Part shown: positions 54,858 to 64,000 of the stretch, in pieces
Layout: every line of letters starts with the position of its first letter
Position numbering within the stretch: position 1 is the first letter of the stretch
Origin: Alphaproteobacteria bacterium
GTDB lineage: Bacteria > Pseudomonadota > Alphaproteobacteria > Rhodobacterales > Rhodobacteraceae
Direction of reading: 5' to 3'
NCBI GenBank assembly: GCA_030148665.1
Contig: JASBSZ010000008.1
Location: 7,284 to 71,283 of the forward strand
DNA: 64,000 bases
Notes under the pieces: model-generated
Database searches by the model: none
What the model saw: only the letters and a program-made list of their open reading frames with translations
Told to the model about the DNA's origin: nothing
Translations under genes and position numbers: made by a program

Positions 54858-56260
54858 GCGCCCAGATGCGCCACAACCAGCGCCATGAAGGCCTCGCCCC
54901 GGGCCTCGAAATCGCGATACTGGTCAAAACTGGCGGCGGCAGGGGCCAGCAGCACGGTGTCGCCCGCTTCGGCCTCGGCCACGGCGCGGGCAAAGGCGCG
55001 CTCCAGGGTTTCGCATATCTCGTGGGGCAGATCGCCGAGCTGGGCCGCGTAAACGGGTGCCGCCTCGCCGATCAGATAGGCCTTGCGCACGTTTTGCATC
55101 TGCTCGGCAATGCCGGCAATGCCGCCCTCCTTGCCCTGCCCGCCCAGGATCCAGCGGATATTGCCAAAGGCGGCCAGCGCGCGGGCGGCGGCGTCCGCAT
55201 TGGTGGCCTTTGAGTCATTGACGAAACGCACGCCATCGCGTTCGCCCAGAAACTGCGCCCGGTGCGGCAGGCCCGGATATGAGGCGAGGCTTTTTTCGAT
55301 CAGCCGCGGCGCCAGGCCAAGGCTGCGGCACACGGCATAGGCCGCGCAAGCGTTCTGATGGTTGTGGGTGCCGGGCAGTCCCCGCATGTCGCGCAGGTCG
55401 ATTGCCGCCACCTGCCTGCCGCGGCGCCATTCGGCCAGAAAGCCCTTGCGGGCGTGCACCGTCCAGTCCGGCCCCTTCAGTCTGCGCGCGGCAGAGATGC
55501 GAATCACCGGATCACCGCTGCCCGCGCCCTCGCGCAGCTGGCTGGCCAGAAAACGGCCCTCGTCCTCGTCCACGCCGATGATGGCGCGTTCCGGGCCGCC
55601 CTCGATGAACAGGCGGCGCTTGGCGGCGAAATAGCCGCCGATGCCGCCGTGACGATCAAGGTGGTCGGGCGAAAGGTTCAGGAACACGGCGATGTCAGGC
55701 GCTAGCGCGCGGGCCAGTTCCGTCTGATAGCTGGACAGTTCCAGCACGATGACCTCGCCCTCCTGCGCGGGCGCGATATCGAGCACGCCGCGCCCGATAT
55801 TGCCGGCCAGCTGGCTCGCGCGCCCCTGTTCGCGCAGGATGTGGTGGATGAGCGCCGAGGTAGTCGATTTCCCGTTCGAGCCTGTGACCGCCACAACCTT
55901 GGGCAGGGTTTCGAAATCGTCCCAATCGGGGCTAGAAAACGAGCGGAAGAACAGCCCGATATCGTTGTCCACGACAACCCCCGCCTCCCACGCGGCGCGC
56001 ACGACCGGGTGCGGCGCGGGGTAGAGATGGGGGATGCCGGGCGAGACGATCAGCGCGACAACATCGTCGAGTGCGCGGTCGCGGCGCAGATCGTGCAGCG
56101 ACAGGCCCTCGGCCTCGGCACGGGCGCGGCTTTCCTCGTTGTCGTCCCAGCACAGGGCGATGGCGCCCCCGGCCTGAAGCGCGCGCGCGGTCGCCATGCC
56201 GGAACGCCCCAGCCCCAGAACGGCAACCTTGTGGCCGCGATATCCGCGTACGGGGATCAT
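54854..56260 (-). CDS. murD: UDP-N-acetylmuramoylalanine--D-glutamate ligase
   Basis: ORF trimmed to ATG 56260 ([21 protein letters not shown]...). [10 protein letters not shown]-loop. Confidence 0.9.
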   Translation of the reverse strand: MIPVRGYRGHKVAVLGLGRSGMATARALQAGGAIALCWDDNEESRARAEAEGLSLHDLRRDRALDDVVALIVSPGIPHLYPAPHPVVRAAWEAGVVVDNDIGLFFRSFSSPDWDDFETLPKVVAVTGSNGKSTTSALIHHILREQGRASQLAGNIGRGVLDIAPAQEGEVIVLELSSYQTELARALAPDIAVFLNLSPDHLDRHGGIGGYFAAKRRLFIEGGPERAIIGVDEDEGRFLASQLREGAGSGDPVIRISAARRLKGPDWTVHARKGFLAEWRRGRQVAAIDLRDMRGLPGTHNHQNACAAYAVCRSLGLAPRLIEKSLASYPGLPHRAQFLGERDGVRFVNDSKATNADAAARALAAFGNIRWILGGQGKEGGIAGIAEQMQNVRKAYLIGEAAPVYAAQLGDLPHEICETLERAFARAVAEAEAGDTVLLAPAAASFDQYRDFEARGEAFMALVVAHLGA

Positions 56261-56306
56261 GGGCGGGGCACCCGTGCAACAGGCGCATCTGTGGCCAGCA
56301 CATGTC

Positions 56307-56517
56307 GCGTCTGACTGTATTGCCTCGCCCGGGGCGCGCTCGCGTCCCGGGCATGCGCCCGCCCGCCCCCTTGGCGGGCGCATATGCGCCCACCCGGGCG
56401 GCCGCACGCCCTGGCGTTGCGCCTTTGCCGCTTTGGATCGGTCTTGGCAAAGACCCGAGGCGAGGGCGCATGCCCGGGATGCTGCGCAACCCGGGCGAGG
56501 CGAATACAGTCAGACGC
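56307..56517. repeat. Nested inverted-repeat (REP/MITE-like) element in the mraY-murD spacer
   Basis: Outer arms gcgtctgactgtattgcctcgcccggg (56307-56333) and cccgggcgaggcgaatacagtcagacgc (56490-56517) are complementary apart from 1 indel. Inner perfect 16-bp IR: tcccgggcatgcgccc (56345-56360) / gggcgcatgcccggga (56464-56479). Perfect 11-bp hairpin at 56353-56383. 7-bp hairpin at 56423-56452. Confidence 0.7.
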
Positions 56518-56555
56518 AACAGGCCCTAACATATGCACAGCCCCCACGACGCCCC

Positions 56556-57641
56556 TCACCTGATCTTCAGCGTTGCCAGGCCGATCAGGGCCAGCACCAG
56601 CGAGATGATCCAGAACCGTATCACGATCTGGCTTTCTGCCCAGCCGAGTTTTTCGAAATGGTGGTGGATCGGTGCCATCAGGAACACCCGTTTGCCGGTT
56701 CTCTTGTAATACAGCACCTGGATGATGACCGACAGGGCCTCGACCACGAACAGCCCGCCGACGATCGCCAGAACGATCTCGTGCTTGGTGGCAACGGCGA
56801 TCGCCCCCAGCGCGCCGCCCAGCGCCAGGCTGCCCGTGTCGCCCATGAACACGGCCGCAGGTGGCGCGTTATACCACAGGAACCCCAACCCGCCACCGAT
56901 CAGCGCCGAGACGAAAACCAGCAATTCACCCGTTCCGGGAACGTAGTGGACCTCGAGATATTGCGAAAAGTCCACCCGACCGACCGTATAGGCAATGACG
57001 CCCAGGCTTGCCGCAGCGATCATCACCGGCATGATGGCCAGCCCGTCCAGCCCGTCGGTCAGGTTCACCGCGTTTGCAGAACCGACGATCACAAGCATGG
57101 TAAAGGGGATAAAGAAATACCCCATGTTGATCAGGACATTCTTCAGGAAAGGCACCGCAAGCTGGCCCGACAGCGCCTCGGGATGCACGACCATGGCCCA
57201 GTATCCGGCGATCCCCGCCACGACCAGACCTATGCCGAAACGCAGCTTTCCCGACACGCCGTCGCTGCTGTTGCGGCTGACCTTGGCATAATCGTCGGCA
57301 AAGCCCAGCAGGCCGAAGGAAACGGTCACGAACAGCACCATCCAGATATAGGTATTGTCCAGACGCGCCCAGATCAGGGTCGACACGATCAGCGCGCCCA
57401 GGATCAGTACCCCGCCCATGGTCGGGGTTCCCGCCTTTTCCAGGATATGGCTTTCGGGGCCGTCCTTGCGGATGGGCTGCCCGTTGCCCTGACGCCGCCT
57501 GAGCAGGTCGATCAGGGGTCGGCCGAACAGAAAGCCGAACAGCAGCGCGGTAAAGAACGCCCCGCCCGAGCGCATGGTGATATAGCGGAACAGATTGAAG
57601 ATTCCGCCACCATCCGAAAAGTCGCTTAGAAAATAGAGCAT
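56556..57641 (-). CDS. mraY: Phospho-N-acetylmuramoyl-pentapeptide transferase
   Basis: ORF trimmed to ATG 57641 ([22 protein letters not shown]...). 361 aa. Classic MraY sequence. Confidence 0.92.
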   Translation of the reverse strand: MLYFLSDFSDGGGIFNLFRYITMRSGGAFFTALLFGFLFGRPLIDLLRRRQGNGQPIRKDGPESHILEKAGTPTMGGVLILGALIVSTLIWARLDNTYIWMVLFVTVSFGLLGFADDYAKVSRNSSDGVSGKLRFGIGLVVAGIAGYWAMVVHPEALSGQLAVPFLKNVLINMGYFFIPFTMLVIVGSANAVNLTDGLDGLAIMPVMIAAASLGVIAYTVGRVDFSQYLEVHYVPGTGELLVFVSALIGGGLGFLWYNAPPAAVFMGDTGSLALGGALGAIAVATKHEIVLAIVGGLFVVEALSVIIQVLYYKRTGKRVFLMAPIHHHFEKLGWAESQIVIRFWIISLVLALIGLATLKIR

Positions 57642-57691
57642 CCTGCCACCTTGTCCTGCTTTCGGCCCGATCCTGCCTTGCTGCACCCGCC

Positions 57692-59119
57692 CTAGGCGGT
57701 GCGGTCCAGTTTCATTATGGCACGCACCACAAGGGACGCACACGAACCCTTGGACCCCTTGACCATGACCACATCGCCCGCGTCAAGCAGGTGATGCACC
57801 CGTGCGGCCAGCCCTTCGGCGGATTCATGCCACTCGCCGCGCTTGTCAAAGGGCAGCGCCTCGAAAAACGCGCGCATCAACGGCCCCGCCAGGTGAAACC
57901 GATCGATATTTTCAACCGCCGGCAGCGCGGCCAGGGCGCGGTGCATGTCGGCAGCATTTTCGCCCAGCTCCAGCATGTCGGTCAGCATGGCGATGCGACG
58001 ACCGCGGGCAATGCGCCCGATACCGTCGCAGGGCGTACTTGCCGCAAGCACGTCGAATGCCGCCGCCATCGAGGCGGGGTTGGCGTTATAGGCGTCGTCG
58101 ATCAGTTCCAGGCACAACTCGTCCGCAGTGGGGTCGAGCGCGATCATGTGGCGCGCACCGCGCCCCTCGGGGGGGCTCCAGCCGCGCAGGTCCAGCGCCG
58201 CAAGCGCGACATCGGCACCGACGGCCTCGACCGCGGCCAGAACAGCCAGCGCATTCAGGGCCAGATGCGGCCCCGGCGCGTTGATCCGTACCATCAGGGG
58301 AGTACCATGCATCTGCGCGCGCATGCTGGTGACGTTTCGATTGTGCGACAGTTCGATCACGCGAAAATCGGCGCCCATGTCGCGGCCAAAGGTCACCACC
58401 GAGCAGCCGGCGGCGCGCGCAATACCGTCGAGCAGCCCGAAGGTTTCGATGTCGCGGTTCACGATGGCGGTGCTGCCGGGCGTCATGCCCTGAAAGATCT
58501 CGGCCTTGGCGCGGGCGATATCCCGAATTCCATCAAAGGCGGCCATATGGGCCTGGGCGACATTGGTAATCACCGCCACATGCGGGCGCGCCAGACGGCT
58601 GAGGGGGGCAATCTCGCCGGCGTGATTCATGCCGATCTCGACAAGGGCGAAATCTGTGGCGCGTGGCATCCGTGCCAGCGTCAGCGGCACCCCCCAGTGA
58701 TTGTTCAGGCTCATGTAGGCGGCATGCACCCTGCCCTGGCGCGCAAGCGCGCTGCGCAGCATCTCCTTGGTGGTGGTCTTGCCGACCGAGCCGGTGACCG
58801 CGATCACCTGCGCATCCGTGCGCGCCCGTGCCGCGCGCCCCAGATCGAGCAGCGCCTCGTACACGTCATCGACGATCAGGAGCGGCGCGTCCTCGTCCAC
58901 CCCCGGAGGCACGCGCGAGACCACGGCCGCCGCCGCACCTGCCTGAAACGCCGCGGCGACGAAATCATGGCCATCGCGCGCATCGGTCAGGGCAACGAAC
59001 AGATCGCCCGGTCGCAGGTCACGGCTGTCGATGGATACGCCGCTTGCCTGCCAGTCGCCGCGCAGCTGCCCGCCGGTGGCCGCGGCCGCCTCGGTTGCAG
59101 TCCACAGGGCGCCGCTCAT
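57692..59119 (-). CDS. murF: UDP-MurNAc-tripeptide--D-alanyl-D-alanine ligase
   Basis: 475 aa. [10 protein letters not shown]-loop. ATGA overlap with the murE stop. Confidence 0.9.
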   Translation of the reverse strand: MSGALWTATEAAAATGGQLRGDWQASGVSIDSRDLRPGDLFVALTDARDGHDFVAAAFQAGAAAAVVSRVPPGVDEDAPLLIVDDVYEALLDLGRAARARTDAQVIAVTGSVGKTTTKEMLRSALARQGRVHAAYMSLNNHWGVPLTLARMPRATDFALVEIGMNHAGEIAPLSRLARPHVAVITNVAQAHMAAFDGIRDIARAKAEIFQGMTPGSTAIVNRDIETFGLLDGIARAAGCSVVTFGRDMGADFRVIELSHNRNVTSMRAQMHGTPLMVRINAPGPHLALNALAVLAAVEAVGADVALAALDLRGWSPPEGRGARHMIALDPTADELCLELIDDAYNANPASMAAAFDVLAASTPCDGIGRIARGRRIAMLTDMLELGENAADMHRALAALPAVENIDRFHLAGPLMRAFFEALPFDKRGEWHESAEGLAARVHHLLDAGDVVMVKGSKGSCASLVVRAIMKLDRTA

Positions 59120-60609
59120 GCCCGCCCCCCGTCGAGCGCCGCCACCGTGACCGAGGCCTGTTCCGCATCGTTGAAGGGCAGCACGTCATCGCCGATGATC
59201 TGGCCGGTTTCATGACCCTTGCCCGCGATCAGCAGGGCATCGCCCGCCTGCAAGGCATCCACGCCCGCGAGGATCGCCTCGGCGCGGTCGCCGATCTCGG
59301 CCGCCTGGGGACAACCCTGCATAACCTCGGCCCGTATCGCGCCGGGGTCTTCGCCGCGGGGATTGTCGTCGGTCACGATCACCATGTCGGCATGCTCGGC
59401 CGCCGCGCGCCCCATCAGCGGGCGCTTGGTCCGGTCGCGATCGCCACCCGCGCCGAACACCACGATGACGCGCCCCATCACATGGGGGCGCAGGGCCCGC
59501 AGGGCGGTGGCCAGGGCATCGGGCGTATGGGCGTAATCGACATAGACGGCCGCGCCGTTTGCGCGCGTCGCAACCAGCTCCATCCGCCCGCGCACGGTGG
59601 CAAGGCCGGGCAAGGTGGCAAGAACCTCGTCGGGGGCGCTGCCCGCCGCGATGGCAAGCCCGGCCGCAACCAGCACGTTGGCGGCCTGAAACCCTCCGAT
59701 CAGGCCGAGGCGGGCCATGTCCACCCTGTCGCGCCAGCCATAGCGCAGCTGCTGGCCGGTCGCCTCGAAACGCTGGCCGAGGATGCGCAGATCGGCGCCC
59801 GTGCCGCGCCCGACCGTCAGCAGGCGCTGCCCCCGATCGCGGGCGATCGCAGCCATCTCGGCCGCGCGGGGATCGTCGATATCGATGACAGCCGTACCCC
59901 CCGGGGGCAGCACGCGCGCAAACAACCCCGCCTTGGCGTCGAAATATTCCTGAAACCCCGCGTGGTAATCCAGGTGGTCCTGGGTGAAATTGGTGAATGC
60001 GGCGGCCCGCAGGCGAACGCCGTCCAGACGCCGCTGGTCGAGACCGTGGCTTGAGGCCTCCATGGCGGCATGCGTGATCCCGGCCTCTGCCAGCCTGCCC
60101 AGCAGGGCGTGCAGGGTGATCGGCTCGGGCGTGGTGTGGCCCAGGGGCGCGCTGTAGCCGCCCTCGACGCCGGTGGTGCCGAAATTGACCGCAGGCAGGC
60201 CCAGCGCCTCCCATATCTGGCGGGCAAAGCTGGCCACCGATGTCTTGCCATTGGTGCCGGTAACGGCAACCATGACCTCGGGCTGGGCATCGAACCAGGC
60301 AGCGGCGGCAAGGGCCAGCGCGCGGCGCGGATCCTCGGCAACCACCAGAGCCGCAGGATACCGCGTCAGGGCATCATCGGCAATCCGCGCCCCCGCGGCA
60401 TCGGTCAGCACCGCTGCCGCCCCCATGCGCAGGGCGTACCGGACAAAGGTCGCGCCATGTACATTGACACCCGGCAGCGCGGCAAACAGGTGGCCGGGCC
60501 TTACCTGCCGGCTGTCCACCGACAGCCCGGTGACCGGAACATCCCCGCCCGCGACGGGCCGCAGCCCCAGCGCCGAGAGCGGCCTTGTCCGCGCCTGATC
60601 CTTTTCCAT
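59116..60609 (-). CDS. murE: UDP-MurNAc-L-Ala-D-Glu--2,6-diaminopimelate ligase
   Basis: 497 aa. VTGTNGKTS P-loop. DNPR motif (VTDDNPRGE). Confidence 0.9.
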   Translation of the reverse strand: MEKDQARTRPLSALGLRPVAGGDVPVTGLSVDSRQVRPGHLFAALPGVNVHGATFVRYALRMGAAAVLTDAAGARIADDALTRYPAALVVAEDPRRALALAAAAWFDAQPEVMVAVTGTNGKTSVASFARQIWEALGLPAVNFGTTGVEGGYSAPLGHTTPEPITLHALLGRLAEAGITHAAMEASSHGLDQRRLDGVRLRAAAFTNFTQDHLDYHAGFQEYFDAKAGLFARVLPPGGTAVIDIDDPRAAEMAAIARDRGQRLLTVGRGTGADLRILGQRFEATGQQLRYGWRDRVDMARLGLIGGFQAANVLVAAGLAIAAGSAPDEVLATLPGLATVRGRMELVATRANGAAVYVDYAHTPDALATALRALRPHVMGRVIVVFGAGGDRDRTKRPLMGRAAAEHADMVIVTDDNPRGEDPGAIRAEVMQGCPQAAEIGDRAEAILAGVDALQAGDALLIAGKGHETGQIIGDDVLPFNDAEQASVTVAALDGGRA

Positions 60610-60635
60610 GCGCGCGCCTTTCCTGCAACCGCCGG

Positions 60636-62417
60636 TCAGTAACTGGACAGCGTGTAATTCATCCCCGGCGCGGGATCAATCTTTGGTCTGATCCCCAACA
60701 GCGGGGCAACCCGGCGGATGATCTCGGCAGCCACGGGAACCGCCGTCCAGCCGGCCGTGCGGCGCGGCTTGGGCCCCGAGGTCTCCACCGGCTCGTCCAG
60801 CGTCACGATCAGGACGAATCTGGGATCGGATGCGGGGAAGAACGACGCAAAGGTGGAAATCACCTTGTCCTCGTAATACCCGCCCTGGGGATCGGGCTTG
60901 TTGGCGGTGCCCGTCTTGCCGCCGACCTCGTATCCGCGCACCTTGCCCAGCGAGGCCGTGCCCCGCGTGACCACCTGGCGCAGTATCTTGCGGATTTCGG
61001 CCGAGGTCTGCTGCGAAATCACCCGCGGACCCTGTTGCACGGTATCGGTTTTCACCAGCGTCGGACGTACCCGCGTGCCCCCGTTGACCAGCGCCGCATA
61101 GGCGGCCGCCAGGTGCACCGGCGTTACCGCGATGCCGTGTCCATAGGCAACCGTCATGGTGGACAGCTCGTTCCATTTGGCGGGCAGCAGCGGGCGCGTG
61201 CGTTTCGATTCAGGCAGCTGCAACGGCAGGGGATCGAACAATCCCAGCTTTTGCAGGAATGCCTTTTGCGCATCGGCCCCGATGGCGGCCGCCATGTTGG
61301 CAGCTCCGATATTCGAACTCTTGACGATGACATCCGTCAGGCTGAGTCGCGGGCCGTAATCGTGAAAATCCTTGATGACAAAGCCATCCTTTTTCAACGG
61401 CCCCCGGGTTTCGATCATGGTGTCGGGACGTGCGGCACCGCTTTGCAGGGCCAGAGCCGCGGTGAACGCCTTGAATGTCGAGCCCAGCTCGTAAACCCCC
61501 TGGGCCGCGCGGTTGAACAACGGGCTGTCGCTGGCATCCCCCCTGGTCAGGGGGCGAGGGCGATTGTTGGGGTCGAAATCGGGCAATGACACCAGGGCGC
61601 GCAGTTCCCCCGTGCGCACATCCATCAGCACGGCCGCCGCACCGCGGGCACGCAGCATCTTCATGCCGCCGTTCAGAACGCGCCGCACCGCCGCCTGCAC
61701 CGGCAGGTCGATGGACAGTTGCAACGGCTGTCCATCGCGGTTGGGATCGCGCAGGAAGGAATCGAACCAGTATTCCACCCCGGCCGTGCCGACCAGTTCG
61801 GCCCAGCTGACGCCCTCGCGGCCGAAACTGACACCGCCCAGGACATGGGCCGCAAGTCGCCCGTTGGGATAGAGACGCATCTCGCGCGGGCCGAATGCCA
61901 GGCCCGGCTCGCCGATATCATGCACCTTCTGCTGCTGTTCGGGCGACAGCTTGCGCCGCAGCCAGACGAACTTGCGACCCGAGTTGAACTTGCGCAGCAA
62001 TTCGTCGGCCTTCATGTCGGGAAATATCTCGGCCAGGCGGCGGGCGGCGGTCGCCTTGTCGATCATCTGTTCGGGTTGTGCATAAAGCGCCTTGGTCACC
62101 AGATTGGTTGCCAGGATCATGCCATTGCGATCGACGATCTCGGCCCGCGTGCTGGTGACGCGCGACGAGGTGCTGTCGGCGTGCGGTTCCTGCGGATCGA
62201 CCGATGCCAGAACCCCCATGCGCGCACCCACCACGACAAAGGCAGCCAGAAAGCCCAGCGCCAGCAGCAGCAACCGCCCCTCGGCACGCTGACGGTCCAG
62301 GTCGCGCATCTCTTCGTGCCGCAGGCGGATGTTTTCCGCCTCGATCAGATCGGGATCCTCGCCCTTTTCGCGGGCCGAAATGATGCGGGCAAGCGGCCTC
62401 AGCGGGATGCGCGTCAT
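60636..62417 (-). CDS. ftsI: Peptidoglycan D,D-transpeptidase FtsI (PBP3)
   Basis: 593 aa. N-terminal TM. STFK, SSN and KTG motifs. Confidence 0.9.
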   Translation of the reverse strand: MTRIPLRPLARIISAREKGEDPDLIEAENIRLRHEEMRDLDRQRAEGRLLLLALGFLAAFVVVGARMGVLASVDPQEPHADSTSSRVTSTRAEIVDRNGMILATNLVTKALYAQPEQMIDKATAARRLAEIFPDMKADELLRKFNSGRKFVWLRRKLSPEQQQKVHDIGEPGLAFGPREMRLYPNGRLAAHVLGGVSFGREGVSWAELVGTAGVEYWFDSFLRDPNRDGQPLQLSIDLPVQAAVRRVLNGGMKMLRARGAAAVLMDVRTGELRALVSLPDFDPNNRPRPLTRGDASDSPLFNRAAQGVYELGSTFKAFTAALALQSGAARPDTMIETRGPLKKDGFVIKDFHDYGPRLSLTDVIVKSSNIGAANMAAAIGADAQKAFLQKLGLFDPLPLQLPESKRTRPLLPAKWNELSTMTVAYGHGIAVTPVHLAAAYAALVNGGTRVRPTLVKTDTVQQGPRVISQQTSAEIRKILRQVVTRGTASLGKVRGYEVGGKTGTANKPDPQGGYYEDKVISTFASFFPASDPRFVLIVTLDEPVETSGPKPRRTAGWTAVPVAAEIIRRVAPLLGIRPKIDPAPGMNYTLSSY

Positions 62418-62788
62418 CTTGCGGCCCCTTTCGCGGCCTTTGGCATCTGAGCGCTCAGATCGACCGGATCCCTGACATCGCGCGCTGCCGCCGCCAGGGC
62501 GGGGTTGGGATAGGCCACCTGCGAGACATCGGCGAAATTGAGCGCCGACAGCGGCACGAGGCGAAGCGTATCAAAATTCAGATCGACCAGATCGCGCAGC
62601 CTCTCGGGGCGGTTCAGATAGGCCCATTCGGCGCGCAGAACGCTCAGCTTTTCGCGATTGGCGCCGATTTCGCGTTGCAGCGCCTCGACCCTGCGCAGGG
62701 CCTGCTGGGTGGCGTAATTCTCGTTATAGGCCCAGTAGGCCAGGGCAATCACGGCAAGCGCGGACAGGGAATAGAGGAACAGGCGCAT
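62414..62788 (-). CDS. ftsL: Cell division protein FtsL (alphaproteobacterial type)
   Basis: 124 aa. N-terminal TM plus coiled coil. Lies between rsmH and ftsI, with 1-4 nt overlaps on both sides. Confidence 0.75.
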   Translation of the reverse strand: MRLFLYSLSALAVIALAYWAYNENYATQQALRRVEALQREIGANREKLSVLRAEWAYLNRPERLRDLVDLNFDTLRLVPLSALNFADVSQVAYPNPALAAAARDVRDPVDLSAQMPKAAKGAAR

Positions 62789-63828
62789 CAGTTTCTCTCC
62801 TTTCCGGGGTTGTCGGTCGGCAAGAACGAGGCAACACGCGGCACACCCAACGCATGGGCATCAACAGGGACGCCGGGCGCATCCAGGCGACGCCAGACGC
62901 GCAGCCGCGCCGACCTGGCGCGGGGATTGACGGCAAGTTCGGCCGCATCGGCAACCGCCGCCTTGCGCAGGACGGGTTCGAAACGCGGCGGCGGGGCGAT
63001 TTGCTCGGGGGCGAAACGGTTGCCCCGCGGCGCCTGTGCCGAAGCCTGCTGAAAGAACCGCTTGACGATACGATCCTCAAGCGAATGAAAGGTGACAACC
63101 GCCAGGATGCCTCCCGGCCGCAGGGCGCGTTCCGCCGCCGACAGACCCTGCACCAGCTGGCCCAGCTCGTCATTGACGGCGATGCGCAGGGCCTGAAAGC
63201 TGCGGGTTGCCGGATGCACCTGTCCCGGCCTGGGGCGCGGCAGGCAGGACTGCACGATTTCGGCAAGGCGTGTGGTGGTGGTGATCGGTTCTTCGGCGCG
63301 CGCTGCAACGATGCGGCGCGCGATCCGGCGCGAGGCCCGTTCCTCGCCATACCGGAACAGGATGTCGGCCAGCGTTGCCTCGTCGGCGCGGTTGACGATA
63401 TCGGCCGCCGAGGGGCCGGACTGGCTCATCCGCATGTCGAGCGGGCCTTCCTTCATGAAGGAAAAGCCGCGCTCGGGCTGGTCGATCTGCATCGACGACA
63501 CCCCGATATCCAGCACCACCCCGTCCAGCGGCAAGGCGTCGTGATCTGCTGCCAGCCGGTCAAGGCGCGCAAATTCGCCCTCGATCATCACCAGACGGTC
63601 GCCATAGCGGGGCGCCCAGGCGCGCGCGCGCGAAAACACTTCGGGGTCGCGATCGATGGCCAGCAGGCGCGCAGCACCCGCATCAAGCAGGGCGCGCGCA
63701 TAGCCGCCGGCGCCAAAGGTGCCGTCCAGCCAGACCCCGGAAACCGGCGAGACGGCAGCAAGAATCTGCCCGAGCAGAACGGGAACATGGGGTGTATCGT
63801 CGGAAAGGCTTTCGGCCGGCGTTGCCAT
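62788..63828 (-). CDS. rsmH: 16S rRNA (cytosine1402-N4)-methyltransferase
   Basis: 346 aa. HVPVLL..., DGTFGAGGY and [10 protein letters not shown] signatures. Confidence 0.92.
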   Translation of the reverse strand: MATPAESLSDDTPHVPVLLGQILAAVSPVSGVWLDGTFGAGGYARALLDAGAARLLAIDRDPEVFSRARAWAPRYGDRLVMIEGEFARLDRLAADHDALPLDGVVLDIGVSSMQIDQPERGFSFMKEGPLDMRMSQSGPSAADIVNRADEATLADILFRYGEERASRRIARRIVAARAEEPITTTTRLAEIVQSCLPRPRPGQVHPATRSFQALRIAVNDELGQLVQGLSAAERALRPGGILAVVTFHSLEDRIVKRFFQQASAQAPRGNRFAPEQIAPPPRFEPVLRKAAVADAAELAVNPRARSARLRVWRRLDAPGVPVDAHALGVPRVASFLPTDNPGKERN

Positions 63829-63831
63829 GGC

Positions 63832-64000
63832 CTAATCCCCCGGTGTCTGCGCCAGGGCGCCCTCAAGCAGGACGAGCGGATCGAAATCCTCGTCGAACTC
63901 GTCAAACATCGCGTCGAATTTCTCGGCCTCGATGGCATAGACCTCGGGTGACCAGATCTGGAAGGTATCGCCCGAGGCGATGAAAAAGGCCTCTCTCTGG
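63832..64000 (-). CDS. mraZ: Transcriptional regulator MraZ, C-terminal part (5' end beyond the window)
   Basis: Not in the ORF track (no start in window). Reverse-strand hand translation: ...QREAFFIASGDTFQIWSPEVYAIEAEKFDAMFDEFDEDFDPLVLLEGALAQTPGD*, with TAG at 63832-63834. The FQIWSPE motif and the position upstream of rsmH fit MraZ. Confidence 0.7.
   Translation of the reverse strand, partial: QREAFFIASGDTFQIWSPEVYAIEAEKFDAMFDEFDEDFDPLVLLEGALAQTPGD

Noticed and set aside
56071-56559. ORFs 56071..56529 (+), 56257..56559 (-) and 55932..56519 (-) in the mraY-murD spacer as possible small proteins.
   Set aside because: Their translations are Arg/Pro/Gly-rich. The region is explained by nested inverted repeats, which generate symmetric open frames on both strands.

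Overview
High-GC, densely coding alphaproteobacterial chromosome segment. The gene content (nirI, narR, the bhc operon) looks Paracoccus-like within the Rhodobacterales; this is inferred from gene content, not from a search. No rRNA, tRNA, CRISPR array, transposase or integrase was recognised.

Left to right:
1. A partial TM2-domain gene that the ORF track missed.
2. An orphan Tat-signal TRAP solute receptor.
3. The beta-hydroxyaspartate cycle operon bhcABCD with divergent IclR-type bhcR, separated by a very AT-rich operator island.
4. A six-gene, translationally coupled envelope ABC module: His/Cys-rich peptide, two FtsX/MacB-type permeases, an ABC ATPase fused to a YHS metal domain, a LolA-like periplasmic protein and an OM beta-barrel. 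It sits behind a CueR/MerR-type copper-box promoter. This is my best candidate for an undescribed system.
5. A paired-rhodanese module: a TVP38/DedA::rhodanese gene and a fatty-acid hydroxylase gene, divergent from an ArsR::rhodanese regulator.
6. TetR plus EmrAB-like and TolC-like efflux genes.
7. The full nirSECF(DL)GHJN operon, followed by an uncharacterised membrane-protein plus cytochrome c unit with its own FNR/NNR box.
8. nirI (no nirX) and norCBQD (no norEF).
9. A pirin / Xi-class GST pair.
10. narK1, narK2 (two separate genes), narGHJI and a PPIase, with divergent narR.
11. A GT2::GtrA and ArnT-like glycosyltransferase pair abutting murD.
12. The proximal dcw cluster mraZ(partial)-rsmH-ftsL-ftsI-murE-murF-mraY-murD, which stops at murD.

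Non-coding highlights:
- Five FNR/NNR-type boxes, four of them at consistent distances from start codons.
- Twin TetR palindromes.
- A CueR box.
- A shared GC-rich palindromic repeat family.
- A 295-nt nested inverted-repeat element between mraY and murD.

All calls come from reading the translations and the DNA by eye. No database search was run.
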